Below are positions 10,024 to 19,165 of a DNA stretch of 34,830 bases, in pieces; within the stretch, counting starts at the first letter, position 1; every line of letters begins with the position of its first letter. The DNA comes from a virus. Taxonomy: Duplodnaviria > Caudoviricetes. The notes below the pieces were generated by a model. That model saw nothing but the letters and a program-made list of their open reading frames with translations. It was not told the origin of the DNA and ran no database searches. Where the stretch lies: positions 1 through 34,830 of IMG/VR virus record IMGVR_UViG_3300012933_000491; one strand, 5' to 3'. The translations under genes and the position numbers were made by a program.

Positions 10024-10893
10024 ATGAGCATAGTTTCAATGAATTTTGGATTTGCAGGTCAAGAAGGAATCCACCCTAGGCGTGTTCAAATGGTTGTTAC
10101 AGATGGATTGACAGCCCTTACTACAGCAGGCTACATAACCGTACAAAGTTTGTTACCAAACACCGTATATCCTACGGATATTTTTGACATTATTTATAGC
10201 TACAATACTAGTACTAACACAGGAACTTACGCTGTTTTTCTACCGACTATAGCTAGTAATGGATCCATTACGCTTGCGCTTGATGTTAGCGAGGGTAATG
10301 TATTGTTACCTGTTATTGCTGATCATATGGCGGCATTTAGTGGAACTACGGGTAAAATTAAAAGTGATGCCTCTACTATAATCAACTCAGGTAATGTACA
10401 AGCTGGTTTATCAGGTACAGCAGGTTATTTAGCAAGTTTCCCATCTGCAGCAAGCAAAGGCAGCTTAAGAGTAACAGCGGTAGCCAATACAGGCAATACA
10501 TTAACTACTATATCCAATTCTGCTATGGGCCAAGCCTCTGTTATAAGCATTCCAGACCCTGCAGCTGCTACCGCAAGTTTTGCTGTATGCCCTGCGGCTT
10601 TAGTAAACGGTAATGCGGTTAAGGCTTCAGGAACAGCGGGATTATTAGTGGATGCTGGTTACTCACTTAAAGCCAACACAACAGCAGCTTACGCAGGCGG
10701 CGGCACATCTAATGCCTTTGTAGCAACAGGGGTTACGGCTACATCTATAGTTACAGCGTCCATACTCGCTTCTACCAATGCGGTATCTATAGTGAAAGTA
10801 GTTCCAACGGCTAATACACTTACCGTTAGCTTTAGTGCAGATCCCGGTGCTGCAACTACTGTAAGCTGGATAGCTATTAGTGCCGCAGTATAG
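10024..10893 (+). CDS. Virion structural protein (fibre/decoration-like)
   Basis: Ala/Ser/Thr-rich 289 aa ORF with AAGGA RBS; last gene of the structural block. Confidence 0.6.
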   Translation: MSIVSMNFGFAGQEGIHPRRVQMVVTDGLTALTTAGYITVQSLLPNTVYPTDIFDIIYSYNTSTNTGTYAVFLPTIASNGSITLALDVSEGNVLLPVIADHMAAFSGTTGKIKSDASTIINSGNVQAGLSGTAGYLASFPSAASKGSLRVTAVANTGNTLTTISNSAMGQASVISIPDPAAATASFAVCPAALVNGNAVKASGTAGLLVDAGYSLKANTTAAYAGGGTSNAFVATGVTATSIVTASILASTNAVSIVKVVPTANTLTVSFSADPGAATTVSWIAISAAV

Positions 10894-10908
10894 TATTATT
10901 TACGGGTT

Positions 10909-10932
10909 GGCCTTATTAATTTAAGGCCTTTT
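10909..10932 (+). terminator. Possible weak intrinsic terminator
   Basis: GGCCTTA-ttaatt-TAAGGCC followed by TTTT. Confidence 0.45.
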
Positions 10933-10951
10933 AAATAGCACGGAGGCTAAT

Positions 10952-11425
10952 ATGATTAAAGTTTTGATAGTTTTTGCAGTAACATTTATTCTTACATGGG
11001 TATTTCTTATATCCAATAAAATAAATAACTATTCGATAAACATAATACATAAAGCAGGATTTATGCCAGCCGAAGGCATAAATTATACTTTAGACTCACC
11101 ATTTGTAGTGCAAATAAACAACCGAGAAATAACCGTACCAATTAATTTTGAAACCGACCTTGCATCCATACCAAGAATTTTATGGCCTTTATTTTCACCA
11201 AATGATTCAGATACTGTTTACCCTGCAATACTTCATGATTATTTATATTCATGCGGAGGATGGGTTAGCAGAAAATATGCGGATGATGTTTTGTATTCGT
11301 TTTTAATAGAGCGAGGATACCCAAAATATAAGGCATTGCCTTTTTATATTGCGGTAAGGGTTTTTGGGTCATCGCATTTCGAGAAACGGAATAAGCAATG
11401 CGAGTTTAAATACATAGGGAGATAA
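10952..11425 (+). CDS. DUF1353-like protein with N-terminal TM segment
   Basis: VPINFETDLASIPRILW...AILHDYLY...RKYADDV...AVRVFG signature; GGAGG RBS. Confidence 0.8.
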   Translation: MIKVLIVFAVTFILTWVFLISNKINNYSINIIHKAGFMPAEGINYTLDSPFVVQINNREITVPINFETDLASIPRILWPLFSPNDSDTVYPAILHDYLYSCGGWVSRKYADDVLYSFLIERGYPKYKALPFYIAVRVFGSSHFEKRNKQCEFKYIGR

Positions 11426-11427
11426 TC

Positions 11428-11844
11428 ATGGACGAGCTTAAAAAATTAGTAATAGCGCATGAAGGACTAAAGCTTAAAGCCTACAGATGCACGGCAAACA
11501 AACTTACCATAGGCGTTGGACGTAACCTTGATGATTGCGGTATATCCAAGGATGAAGCTTTAATCATGCTAGATAATGATCTGGCGGAATCCGAACGTTA
11601 TTTAAAAGCCTATGATTGGTGGAGAAGCGTTGATCGTGTGCGCCAAGAGGTTCTTATTGAGCTTTGTTTTAATATCGGCATAGCTAAAATATTGCAATTT
11701 AAAAACATGATTAAAGCCATACACGACAAGGACTTTGAAAATGCTGCAAAACATATGTTAGATTCTGCTTGGGCAAAGCAGGTAGGGCCTACTAGAAGCA
11801 ATAATATGGCTGCAAGAATGAGGAATGGAAGTTATGCATCCTGA
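11428..11844 (+). CDS. Endolysin, T4-lysozyme-like (GH24) muramidase
   Basis: HEGLKLKAYRCTANKLTIGVGRNL gives an E-x8-C-x5-T triad; also FNIG and MLDSAWAKQVG. Confidence 0.9.
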   Translation: MDELKKLVIAHEGLKLKAYRCTANKLTIGVGRNLDDCGISKDEALIMLDNDLAESERYLKAYDWWRSVDRVRQEVLIELCFNIGIAKILQFKNMIKAIHDKDFENAAKHMLDSAWAKQVGPTRSNNMAARMRNGSYAS

Positions 11845-12238
11845 AGAAATTGAGCAATGTAAACTATTTGATTGGATTAGAACCGTTCCAGAACTTGAAA
11901 AGTGCGCTTTTCACATAGCTAACGAACGCAAAACCAATCCCATGCGAGGGCTTCTATTAAAACGCATGGGCGTTCTTTCTGGTGTAAGTGATGTATTTAT
12001 AGCTTTACCAAAAGGCGGTTTTCATGGGTTGTTTTTGGAGCTTAAAGCAGGTAATAACAAAGCTACGGAACATCAGCGTTTATTTCTTGAGAAAATGACT
12101 CAAAACGGATACCTTGCTATATGCTGTACAGGGTATGAAGCAGCAAGAGCAATTATTCTTACATACCTTGGAAAATCTTATTCCGAATTTTTAGATCATC
12201 CGATAGAGCCAGATGAGATGGCGTTAAAGCATTCTTAA
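11834..12238 (+). CDS. VRR-NUC domain nuclease
   Basis: EEIEQ...FHIANE...GVLSGVSDVFI...LFLELKA...EHQRLFL motifs. Its 3' end overlaps the convergent helicase gene by 80 bp. Confidence 0.88.
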   Translation: MHPEEIEQCKLFDWIRTVPELEKCAFHIANERKTNPMRGLLLKRMGVLSGVSDVFIALPKGGFHGLFLELKAGNNKATEHQRLFLEKMTQNGYLAICCTGYEAARAIILTYLGKSYSEFLDHPIEPDEMALKHS

Positions 12239-13826
12239 TCATATTTTCAAGATAGCACATCTTATCAAGATGCATGTAATAACTGGAGGCATCTTCCACG
12301 TGCTTTTTTACAAATTTCGCATAAAATATATCGCGTGCTTTTTTGCTATTTGTTGAATACCATTCGGTAATTACATGGGTTGAACCATACGGAATTTTAA
12401 CCTGATAAGAGGCTATCAATATTTTATTGGCATTAACCCTGTATTTTGAGGCTATTACAGGCACTACAATAATATCCTTGAGCGGCCTTAGTTTTTCGTT
12501 AGGATCTATTATTTCCTCTGCACATTCTCTGCAATAACGCGCTGTTATATCGTTTTTAGCCCCGCATTCTTTGCACTCTTTAAACGTAAAATAGTGGTTG
12601 CATCGTGTACTATTAAAATCTAATCCTGTACAACGCCTCGTATGTTCGCCAGCGGGTGTTTTGCATTCTGGGCACTGGAATATCATTGGCTTGGTTTCAT
12701 CGATTTTTTTTAATGCAGAAACCAAAATGGGATCATCCCAATTACTATGCCTATCTATGTTTTGCGCATAGTCTAATATCAAACAATCTTTTTTTGTTTC
12801 ATGCAATCTTAATCCGCGCCCAATTCCTTGCATAAAGAGCGTTAAGCTTGACGTAGGCCTTAACCACGCACACATATCAAATGCCGGAACATCTACGCCT
12901 GTCATTAGGCAATTAACGCTTACTAAGTAACGTATATGCAATTTTCTTGCAGCCGTTAATATACGGCCGCGTTCCTCATGTGGCGTGTCTCCTGTAATGA
13001 TTGCAGCTTGCCCCTCTGGAAGGGATGAAAAAGCCTCCTCACAATGCTTACGCGTTGCGCAAAATATAAATGTACCATTTCGACCACGATTAACTAAGTC
13101 TGTTAATTCTTGCATTATCTCGCCCGTTAAGCGCTCTTTAGAATCTATTACTTTTTCAAGTTCTGCATTACTGAATTTTCCTGATGTAGTTTTTATTTTG
13201 CTAAAATCAAAAGAACCTATGGTTGATATATCAAATAATGGCTTAACTAAAAAACCACTTTCTATTAACTTAAGCATAGGAATTGAAACCACTTCCTCCT
13301 TAAATAATTGGTTTTTTCCTATAATAGATATATTTTCACCTCTAAAGGGCGTACCTGTAAGCCCTATAATGCGCATACGTTTTTGTTGGTTGTAAGCTTG
13401 TATATTTAAATGGTTGATAACGCGCATATACATAGACTTCTCATTTTGGTAGTCGATGTTATGGCATTCGTCTATTATGATTAAATTAAATGCTATGCTC
13501 TTTATATCTTTGCCGTTAAGCAAAGATTTTGGGGTAGCAAATATTATTGGCTTGTCTGTTTCTTTTTTATTTAATGATGCGCAGTATATTCCGCAACTAC
13601 CGCCTTGCTCGGTGTATGTTTCCGCGTTTTGGCGTATAAGTGTTGAGTTCATAGTTAAGCATAATCCACGCCAACCGCATTTTTCTATCATTAAAAGTAG
13701 TTCACAAAGTATTACAGATTTTCCAGCACCCACGCTGGCATTTATTAATAACGGTTCGCACGTTTCTTTTAATCGTTTTTTTACTTTGTTTATAGCTTCT
13801 AACTGATAAGGCCTAAGCGTCTTCAT
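12159..13826 (-). CDS. SF2 DExH helicase (ResIII/RadD-YejH-like) with C-terminal Zn fingers
   Basis: LRPYQ Q-motif, GAGKS Walker A, DECH, GLTGTP, TGVDVP, QGIGRGLR and CxxC pairs. Confidence 0.93.
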   Translation of the reverse strand: MKTLRPYQLEAINKVKKRLKETCEPLLINASVGAGKSVILCELLLMIEKCGWRGLCLTMNSTLIRQNAETYTEQGGSCGIYCASLNKKETDKPIIFATPKSLLNGKDIKSIAFNLIIIDECHNIDYQNEKSMYMRVINHLNIQAYNQQKRMRIIGLTGTPFRGENISIIGKNQLFKEEVVSIPMLKLIESGFLVKPLFDISTIGSFDFSKIKTTSGKFSNAELEKVIDSKERLTGEIMQELTDLVNRGRNGTFIFCATRKHCEEAFSSLPEGQAAIITGDTPHEERGRILTAARKLHIRYLVSVNCLMTGVDVPAFDMCAWLRPTSSLTLFMQGIGRGLRLHETKKDCLILDYAQNIDRHSNWDDPILVSALKKIDETKPMIFQCPECKTPAGEHTRRCTGLDFNSTRCNHYFTFKECKECGAKNDITARYCRECAEEIIDPNEKLRPLKDIIVVPVIASKYRVNANKILIASYQVKIPYGSTHVITEWYSTNSKKARDIFYAKFVKKHVEDASSYYMHLDKMCYLENMIKNALTPSHLALSDDLKIRNKIFQGM

Positions 13827-14454
13827 GACATATGTTGGAAAACGGGCACATTTTACATATAAAAAAACATGGGTTTTTGTTTATACGATCTGGCGGTTCT
13901 TCTGAATAAATAACTTCATTAGCGCGGTTTAGCAGCTCTTCATAATATAATGGGTCAAAAGTCACTAGTTCCTCATGCAATTCTGCTGTATCTTTATTTA
14001 TTGCTATAAGTATGGCCTTGTCTATTTTTTTTATTCCCATATAGGCCTGTACTTGCGCATAATATTGCATCTTCCATGCATGCAGGCCTTTTAACTTAAA
14101 AGCATTAAATTGCGTATTGCATGTGCTTTTTATTTCTATAATGTAAAGTTCACCGTGTTCATCTACGGCTATTGCATCAACATGACCATGTATAGGTTTT
14201 GTTTCTACTTCATCAAAATATATTGTTTTAAGGCCAGATTTATCAAGTAGATCAAGAATCATTCGCTCTAAATAGTGTCCCATTTCAAATGTCATTAAAA
14301 GTTTATCAGAAAAAGGCTCTTGTTTTTTAAGATGGTAAGAATACCAGACTCTTCGCAAGCATGGGTGCCCTATGCCTGATGCACCTATGTAATCGCGGCT
14401 TGGCTCTTCTGCTCTTTTTTTAATTAACGCCTTATTTATTTTTTCTATTAACAT
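13813..14454 (-). CDS. Cas4-like / PD-(D/E)XK phage exonuclease with Fe-S cysteines
   Basis: GASGIGHPCLRRVWY, GHVDAI, IIEIKS, QVQAYM and C-terminal CKMCPFSNIC. Confidence 0.88.
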   Translation of the reverse strand: MLIEKINKALIKKRAEEPSRDYIGASGIGHPCLRRVWYSYHLKKQEPFSDKLLMTFEMGHYLERMILDLLDKSGLKTIYFDEVETKPIHGHVDAIAVDEHGELYIIEIKSTCNTQFNAFKLKGLHAWKMQYYAQVQAYMGIKKIDKAILIAINKDTAELHEELVTFDPLYYEELLNRANEVIYSEEPPDRINKNPCFFICKMCPFSNICHEDA

Positions 14455-14471
14455 AGTTAAATCCTTGGGAT

Positions 14472-14491
14472 TGGGGGCATTAGCCCCCGCA
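14472..14491. terminator. GC-rich intergenic hairpin
   Basis: GGGGGC-atta-GCCCCC between the DUF669-like and nuclease genes. Confidence 0.45.
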
Positions 14492-14492
14492 T

Positions 14493-15029
14493 TTAAAACG
14501 CAACGTCATCTTCTTTTTGTAAAGAATGTATTATTTCAAGTTTTTTCCCTTTAGCCTCTACAAAACCTTTTATAGCGTGCACTTCTGATATAAAGTTTCC
14601 CTCATTAAGCCCACCGCTTCCATCAGATTTAGGCATGGAGTACTCTTTTATTTTTATCCCAAGCACCTTGCCAACCATCTGACTTAAAAAGTAATTATCT
14701 GGCGCAACGTTAGGAGCCGGTACGTCCGAAAGGTTCATGATAAGTCGCAGCATATTTAGCGCTTTAAATCGCTTCTTTTCATCTTCATCAAAACAACGTA
14801 TCTTTTGAAAAATTATTCTTCCTACATAATCGCCTTGTGCAATTACCCATTTAACTTCGTAAATTTTACTTGCAGCACCGTATGCACTAGATGGTTTTTG
14901 TATAACGCTAAAATCTTCTATGCGTGCAAAAGCTTTTGTGCCATCAGGTATTAACCCAAAATCTTGCGTAAAAGCATTATCTGGGTTTCCATCCGCTACG
15001 CCTAACCCTGTTTCCCAAAAACCTGTCAT
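14493..15029 (-). CDS. DUF669-like phage ssDNA-binding protein
   Basis: DFGLIPDG...G.Y.GRIIFQ motif and an acidic-aromatic SSB-like tail (EDDVAF); adjacent to the AAA annealase. Confidence 0.7.
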   Translation of the reverse strand: MTGFWETGLGVADGNPDNAFTQDFGLIPDGTKAFARIEDFSVIQKPSSAYGAASKIYEVKWVIAQGDYVGRIIFQKIRCFDEDEKKRFKALNMLRLIMNLSDVPAPNVAPDNYFLSQMVGKVLGIKIKEYSMPKSDGSGGLNEGNFISEVHAIKGFVEAKGKKLEIIHSLQKEDDVAF

Positions 15030-15680
15030 TTAATTATCCTCTTGGTTATAGTTATTGATCGTTTTTTTTACATTTAATAAATTGTTATCAATTATTTTGT
15101 CAGTAAACATCCCCATAGGGCTTTTAGCCATGTGTATGCCATCCGAGTTAGTAAGAAACTTGTATTCGTTATCAACAAGCATGGTATGCAATATCACCGT
15201 AAACATGCCTTCCAGATTTACTTTATCATCCAGCATTTTTCCTATCGTTCTTATTTTTGACTTCCCATCAACATCTACATAATTATGGGTTAAGATAAAA
15301 CAATCTAAATCATCGCGTGCTTCTGTAAGTGCTTTAACAATTTTCCATGCATTAGAACCTATATCTGTAAACTTGCGGTAACCAACCTCGGAAGCTCTGC
15401 GCATATATTCATTTGCTAAAATGTATTGAAAATCATCTATTACTAGCGTTTTAACATCCAGTCTTTCATCGTTTAATTTTTTTATAGCACGCAATATCAT
15501 TTCTGCGTTGTCTGTTGCAAGGTAATTTTTTGACTCTAGATTATACTTTGCCTTATATCCTTTGAATGGCAAAGGCTTGTCCAATACGTTTATAATTACT
15601 GTTGTTTTGTTATCCAGATCACGTAAGCTAGTTGATTTTCCGCTTCCTGATTCGCCCAGTATTAGCGTTGCGTTTCCCAT
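15030..15680 (-). CDS. AAA_24 / Sak4-like ssDNA-annealing ATPase
   Basis: LILGESGSGKSTS Walker A, LVIDDFQY Walker B, TIGKMLD and AKSPMGMF. Confidence 0.88.
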   Translation of the reverse strand: MGNATLILGESGSGKSTSLRDLDNKTTVIINVLDKPLPFKGYKAKYNLESKNYLATDNAEMILRAIKKLNDERLDVKTLVIDDFQYILANEYMRRASEVGYRKFTDIGSNAWKIVKALTEARDDLDCFILTHNYVDVDGKSKIRTIGKMLDDKVNLEGMFTVILHTMLVDNEYKFLTNSDGIHMAKSPMGMFTDKIIDNNLLNVKKTINNYNQEDN

Positions 15681-16090
15681 TATATGACCTCCACTTTAAC
15701 GTTAGGCTTACTAAAGCCTATACTTAAAAAAGCCGACAACAATTCTTTGTCCGCTCCTGTTCCTTGTGCTTCCTTTAATTTTTTCTTGTTGATTTTATAC
15801 GTTTTCCCAATATCAACGGGGTCTATTTTAAGCTTATCGCGTATAGATTCGTATTGTTTTTTATCAATACTGTAAAGATATTCTGTTTTAATAGTTGCCT
15901 TATATTTTCCGCACCTATGTGTAGAAGAACCATCTTTTTCGATTATAAGAAGATTATGCCCATCAAATACAGCTTGCCCCGTTCCTTCTATAATTTTTCG
16001 TTCTAATTGTTCTTTTAGTACGCGCAGTTCTGCTATTTGTAGGTTGATTGTTTGAAGTGAAGATAAATAATCTTCAAAGGAGTTTTGCAT
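15680..16090 (-). CDS. Hypothetical recombination-operon protein (coiled-coil N-terminus)
   Basis: First gene of the leftward operon, with GAGGT RBS; its stop overlaps the start of the ATPase gene. Confidence 0.7.
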   Translation of the reverse strand: MQNSFEDYLSSLQTINLQIAELRVLKEQLERKIIEGTGQAVFDGHNLLIIEKDGSSTHRCGKYKATIKTEYLYSIDKKQYESIRDKLKIDPVDIGKTYKINKKKLKEAQGTGADKELLSAFLSIGFSKPNVKVEVI

Positions 16091-16141
16091 TTTACTTTAC
16101 CTCTTTATTATGTTATATAAGCGTCGGTATGACGTAATAAT

Positions 16142-16180
16142 ATAGTAACGCTTGTCCGTCATATTGTCAACAGGTATAAT
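16142..16180. promoter_or_regulatory. Overlapping divergent sigma70 promoters
   Basis: Rightward TTGTCC(16152)-17-TATAAT(16175); leftward TTGACA(16170)-17-TACTAT(16147). Confidence 0.8.
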
Positions 16181-16208
16181 AAAATTTTTACTTTTGAGGG
16201 GATTTATT

Positions 16209-16406
16209 GTGTTATTGTCTGAAGTGGTTGGCTATTACAAGTCAACGTATAATTTTAAACGATGCACAGGGATGAGCTCATCAAGCTGGAGTGAGTGGAG
16301 CAGGATTAGTCATATACCTATCGGCTCACAAATGAAACTGCAAAGATTAACGAACGGGGAGCTAAAAGCAGATCTAAATCATACGGGGAACAAGTATGTC
16401 GCATAG
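16209..16406 (+). CDS. Cro-like HTH regulator
   Basis: GTG start after a GAGGGGA RBS; 65 aa with SEW...IP...QMKLQRLTNGELKAD, a typical Cro/YdaS C-terminus. Confidence 0.75.
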   Translation: MLLSEVVGYYKSTYNFKRCTGMSSSSWSEWSRISHIPIGSQMKLQRLTNGELKADLNHTGNKYVA

Positions 16407-16731
16407 AAAACCTGTAAATATTACATATAATCAAGAAACAAAGCTTGCTTTACTTGAGATGTCAGTATTAAATATCGCAAATACGTTAAATGAAATGCGA
16501 AAAGATAGTAAAGACGAATTTAAATTACTCAAAGAAGAAATAAATTCATCAAGAAAAGAACTCAAAGAGGAAATTCGAGAATTCAAAGAGGAATTCAAAA
16601 ATGAAATCAGAGAAGTTAAAAGTAATGCCCAATCTAACTTTAAATGGTTATTGGGAATCATGTTTAGTACACAGATAACCGTTATAAGTGCAGTTTTTGC
16701 AGCATTAGGAAAAGCTTATAACTGGTTTTAA
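16396..16731 (+). CDS. Coiled-coil protein with C-terminal TM (XhlA/DUF1640/Bdr-like), paralogue 1
   Basis: NQETKLALLE motif, KEEI/KEEF repeats, and FKWLLGIM...KAYNWF hydrophobic tail. Confidence 0.75.
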   Translation: MSHRKPVNITYNQETKLALLEMSVLNIANTLNEMRKDSKDEFKLLKEEINSSRKELKEEIREFKEEFKNEIREVKSNAQSNFKWLLGIMFSTQITVISAVFAALGKAYNWF

Positions 16732-16775
16732 ATTAATTTGTAGCAGGGATGCCTTTTTGTTATGAGGCAAATAAA

Positions 16776-17237
16776 ATGTTAAACAATACACCTTTAAAAG
16801 TAGTTCCATTTGAGTTAAACAGAAAAGTAGGAAACAAAATATTAGCCGTAAAAGCCCCAGCAGGCATTGACCCCATGTATTTTGAAGTAGCAGAGTACGC
16901 GGTTTCAGCATTATATCAAGCATTCCCTTTCCATAAAGGCTTCGGTGAAAAGCACTGGCGACACAAAGCAGAAGACTATTTTAAAGCAACCGTGCACCTC
17001 TGGGGGCTTGAGTTTGCAGCAAATGGCTTATGTAGCAAATGGAGTGCAACTGAAGCATTAAAGTTAATAGTAAAGAAAAACATAGAGCCAACCCTTGGAA
17101 ATTTCATTGCAGCGTACTGGAAAAAAGAAGAGCTACTTAAAACCGCAAACCATCTTCAGTATATAAAATTCCTAGAAGCGCGCTTAAGTTACGCTTATAC
17201 CATAGATAGATTTAATAATTTGCAAAATAGCGCTTGA
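16776..17237 (+). CDS. Hypothetical protein
   Basis: Likely start MLNNTP after GAGG; no motif recognised. Confidence 0.6.
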   Translation: MLNNTPLKVVPFELNRKVGNKILAVKAPAGIDPMYFEVAEYAVSALYQAFPFHKGFGEKHWRHKAEDYFKATVHLWGLEFAANGLCSKWSATEALKLIVKKNIEPTLGNFIAAYWKKEELLKTANHLQYIKFLEARLSYAYTIDRFNNLQNSA

Positions 17238-17285
17238 CATGTTAACCGTATTGCCCTATATTGTCCTTAATCAAACAATATAGGG
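17234..17285 (+). promoter_or_regulatory. Sigma70 promoter with overlapping 11-bp inverted repeat
   Basis: TTGACA(17234)-17-TATATT(17257); CCCTATATTGT(17254-17264)-N10-ACAATATAGGG(17275-17285). Confidence 0.75.
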
Positions 17286-17293
17286 GTGTTAAA

Positions 17294-17500
17294 ATGATAG
17301 AAAAAGTAGGTAAAATATTGCGTACAACCGATATAAGAAAACTATTTAAGATAGGAAGAACTACGCTTGCAAGATGGGAAAAAGAAGGTTCTTTCCCTAA
17401 AAGGGTTAAACTTGGAGAAAAATTATTTGGCTGGCAAGAAGAAGACGTTCTTAAATGGTTACAAGATCAAAACAAGGATACTACTAATGAAGCGGCTTAA
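17294..17500 (+). CDS. AlpA/excisionase-family HTH regulator
   Basis: ILRTTDI...IGRTTLARWEKEGSFPKRVKLG...GWQEEDVLKWL. Confidence 0.9.
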   Translation: MIEKVGKILRTTDIRKLFKIGRTTLARWEKEGSFPKRVKLGEKLFGWQEEDVLKWLQDQNKDTTNEAA

Positions 17501-17508
17501 AACATGCG

Positions 17509-17556
17509 GTAGGGATTTTAACCCCTACCCCAACAGCCACAACACGACTTGTGGCT
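17509..17556 (+). promoter_or_regulatory. Two tandem hairpins between the AlpA-like and replication genes
   Basis: GTAGGG-attttaac-CCCTAC and AGCCACAA-cacgac-TTGTGGCT. Confidence 0.45.
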
Positions 17557-17604
17557 CAAAACTATCAGGAATAATAATTTCAACTAAACAAGAGGAATAA
17601 TAGC

Positions 17605-17940
17605 ATGACTGAAACAAAAAATAAAATAAAATCTTTTGAACATTGCATGGATCTTATTGACGGCATATTTTATGGGTTAATGGGTGCGTATCCTGCGTGG
17701 AGGCAGGCATGGAGAGATCAAGAGGAACTAGATAGGGCAAAAATTTCTTGGCTCAGAACTATAGTAGAGGCAGGAATAAATGATTTGCGCGATTTAAACA
17801 GAGGCATGGCAAGATGCAGGGCGGACATAAGTGCGTTTGTACCAAGCGCAGGGCAGTTCGTTTGTTGGTGTCTAGATAAAGATAATCATGATTTACCATT
17901 ATGCAGCTTATGCGGTTCTGAAATAGGGGAAAAGTCATGA
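17605..17940 (+). CDS. Short lambda replication protein P-like protein (N-terminal domain only)
   Basis: AYPAWRQA...AKISWLRTIVEAGI...RGMARCR...FVPSAGQFVCWC; GAGGA RBS. Confidence 0.8.
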   Translation: MTETKNKIKSFEHCMDLIDGIFYGLMGAYPAWRQAWRDQEELDRAKISWLRTIVEAGINDLRDLNRGMARCRADISAFVPSAGQFVCWCLDKDNHDLPLCSLCGSEIGEKS

Positions 17941-18254
17941 TAAAAGCAGAAAAACCCCATCAAGAAAGATTTATTTTAATAAATGAAGAAATAATTAAAA
18001 GTTTAACGTCGCGTTCATATGTAGTTTATTCAGTACTTAGATTAGAGTCTGATTGTAAATCTGAATGCGGATATGTGAGCTGTAAGGTCAAGTTCATTTC
18101 CAACGAATCCAACATACCTGTATCGCAAATTTACAAGTGTTTAAATGAACTTGAATCCGCTGGTTTAGTCAAAAGAAACTCAGTGCTTGGAGAAAAAACA
18201 ACGTATGGCGTAGCTAAAACTTTAGGTTATTTTAACAATGAAGGGGTTAAGTAA
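17937..18254 (+). CDS. Stand-alone wHTH, paralogue of the initiator N-terminal domain
   Basis: Aligns without gaps to the first ~100 aa of 18257-19165 (QIxKCLxELExxGL, LGE, AKxLxYFN). Confidence 0.8.
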   Translation: MIKAEKPHQERFILINEEIIKSLTSRSYVVYSVLRLESDCKSECGYVSCKVKFISNESNIPVSQIYKCLNELESAGLVKRNSVLGEKTTYGVAKTLGYFNNEGVK

Positions 18255-18256
18255 TC

Positions 18257-19165
18257 ATGAAAATAGAAGAAACCACCCCTAATAAAAGGTTTGTTTTGAC
18301 AAACGAAGACATAATAATGGCGTTAAATGGTAATGCATATAAGCTTTATTCGATTATACAGCTTGAGTCAAATTACAAAAAAGAATGCTCGAAAATAACC
18401 AAGAAATTAAAGTTTTTTTCTAACCGATCTGGTCTATCTAAGAAGCAAATTTTGAAGTGTTTATTTGAGCTTGAATTGCACGGTTTGATTAAAATAGAAA
18501 GAACATTAGGCGAGCAATCTATTTATCATTTTGCTAAGGAACTAAACTATTTCAACAAAAAATGTCAAATCAACCAAGAATGCAAACCAGTTACCTCAGA
18601 GGTACCACCCAGTTCCCTTTTGGATACCACCCAGTTACCTGAGGGAACCACCCAGTTACCAGAAATGCAATCCTTACTCATGAGAGGGGCAGAGTTCTTA
18701 ACAGAAGAGGGGCAGAAGAAAGAATACGCGCGCGCTAAAGCGCCCGCTGATTTTTCTTTTAAACCCCCCTCCCGCTTTCTAGAATTTTGGAATGCTTATC
18801 CGAAAAAAGAAGGCGAAACTATTTGCCTTAAAATTTGGGAAAAAAAAGGCCTTGATAGCATTGCCGATGCAATACTTGAAAAACTAGAAAACCAAAAAGA
18901 ACATGACGCTAAATTTAAAGCAGGCTTTATTTTTTCACCAAGAAATTACTTGCAAGATGAAAGGTGGAAAGATGAAATAGCAAAACCTATAAAACAAAAA
19001 GAGGAAGAGAAGGAGGAAGAAAAAGAGGAGGTGGTAGAGATAATTCCAATTACTAATCTTGCTGAAGGTCTCAGGCAATATTTTATTTCAGACAATGAAC
19101 AAAGAGTAAAAGATGGATTAGAACCCAACAATTATGATGAGGTAATGAAAGCATGGAAACTTTAA
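18257..19165 (+). CDS. Replication initiator (lambda O-like)
   Basis: N-terminal wHTH, internal iterons, and C-terminal FLEFWNAYPKK...PRNYLQDERWKDE motif. Confidence 0.85.
   Translation: MKIEETTPNKRFVLTNEDIIMALNGNAYKLYSIIQLESNYKKECSKITKKLKFFSNRSGLSKKQILKCLFELELHGLIKIERTLGEQSIYHFAKELNYFNKKCQINQECKPVTSEVPPSSLLDTTQLPEGTTQLPEMQSLLMRGAEFLTEEGQKKEYARAKAPADFSFKPPSRFLEFWNAYPKKEGETICLKIWEKKGLDSIADAILEKLENQKEHDAKFKAGFIFSPRNYLQDERWKDEIAKPIKQKEEEKEEEKEEVVEIIPITNLAEGLRQYFISDNEQRVKDGLEPNNYDEVMKAWKL
18587..18661 (+). repeat. Four 21-22 bp iterons (probable replication origin)
   Basis: CCAGTT at 18587, 18609, 18631 and 18652 within (ACCAC)CCAGTT(A/C)CC units, inside the O-like gene as in lambdoid origins. 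Confidence 0.85.

Noticed and set aside
6088-10893. DGR or invertible tail-fibre cassette
   Set aside because: No reverse transcriptase, template repeat or inverted fibre segment seen; the serine recombinase is about 10 kb away.
11428-11844. Cys replacing the catalytic Asp in the endolysin
   Set aside because: E-x8-C-x5-T is a known variant of T4-like lysozymes.
13813-14454. Cas4-like nuclease as evidence of a CRISPR system
   Set aside because: No cas1/cas2 or repeat-spacer array; stand-alone Cas4-like exonucleases are normal in phage recombination operons.
18587-18661. Iteron or YQQP repeats as a mini-CRISPR array
   Set aside because: Period is 21-22 bp with no unique spacers, and the repeats lie inside coding sequence.
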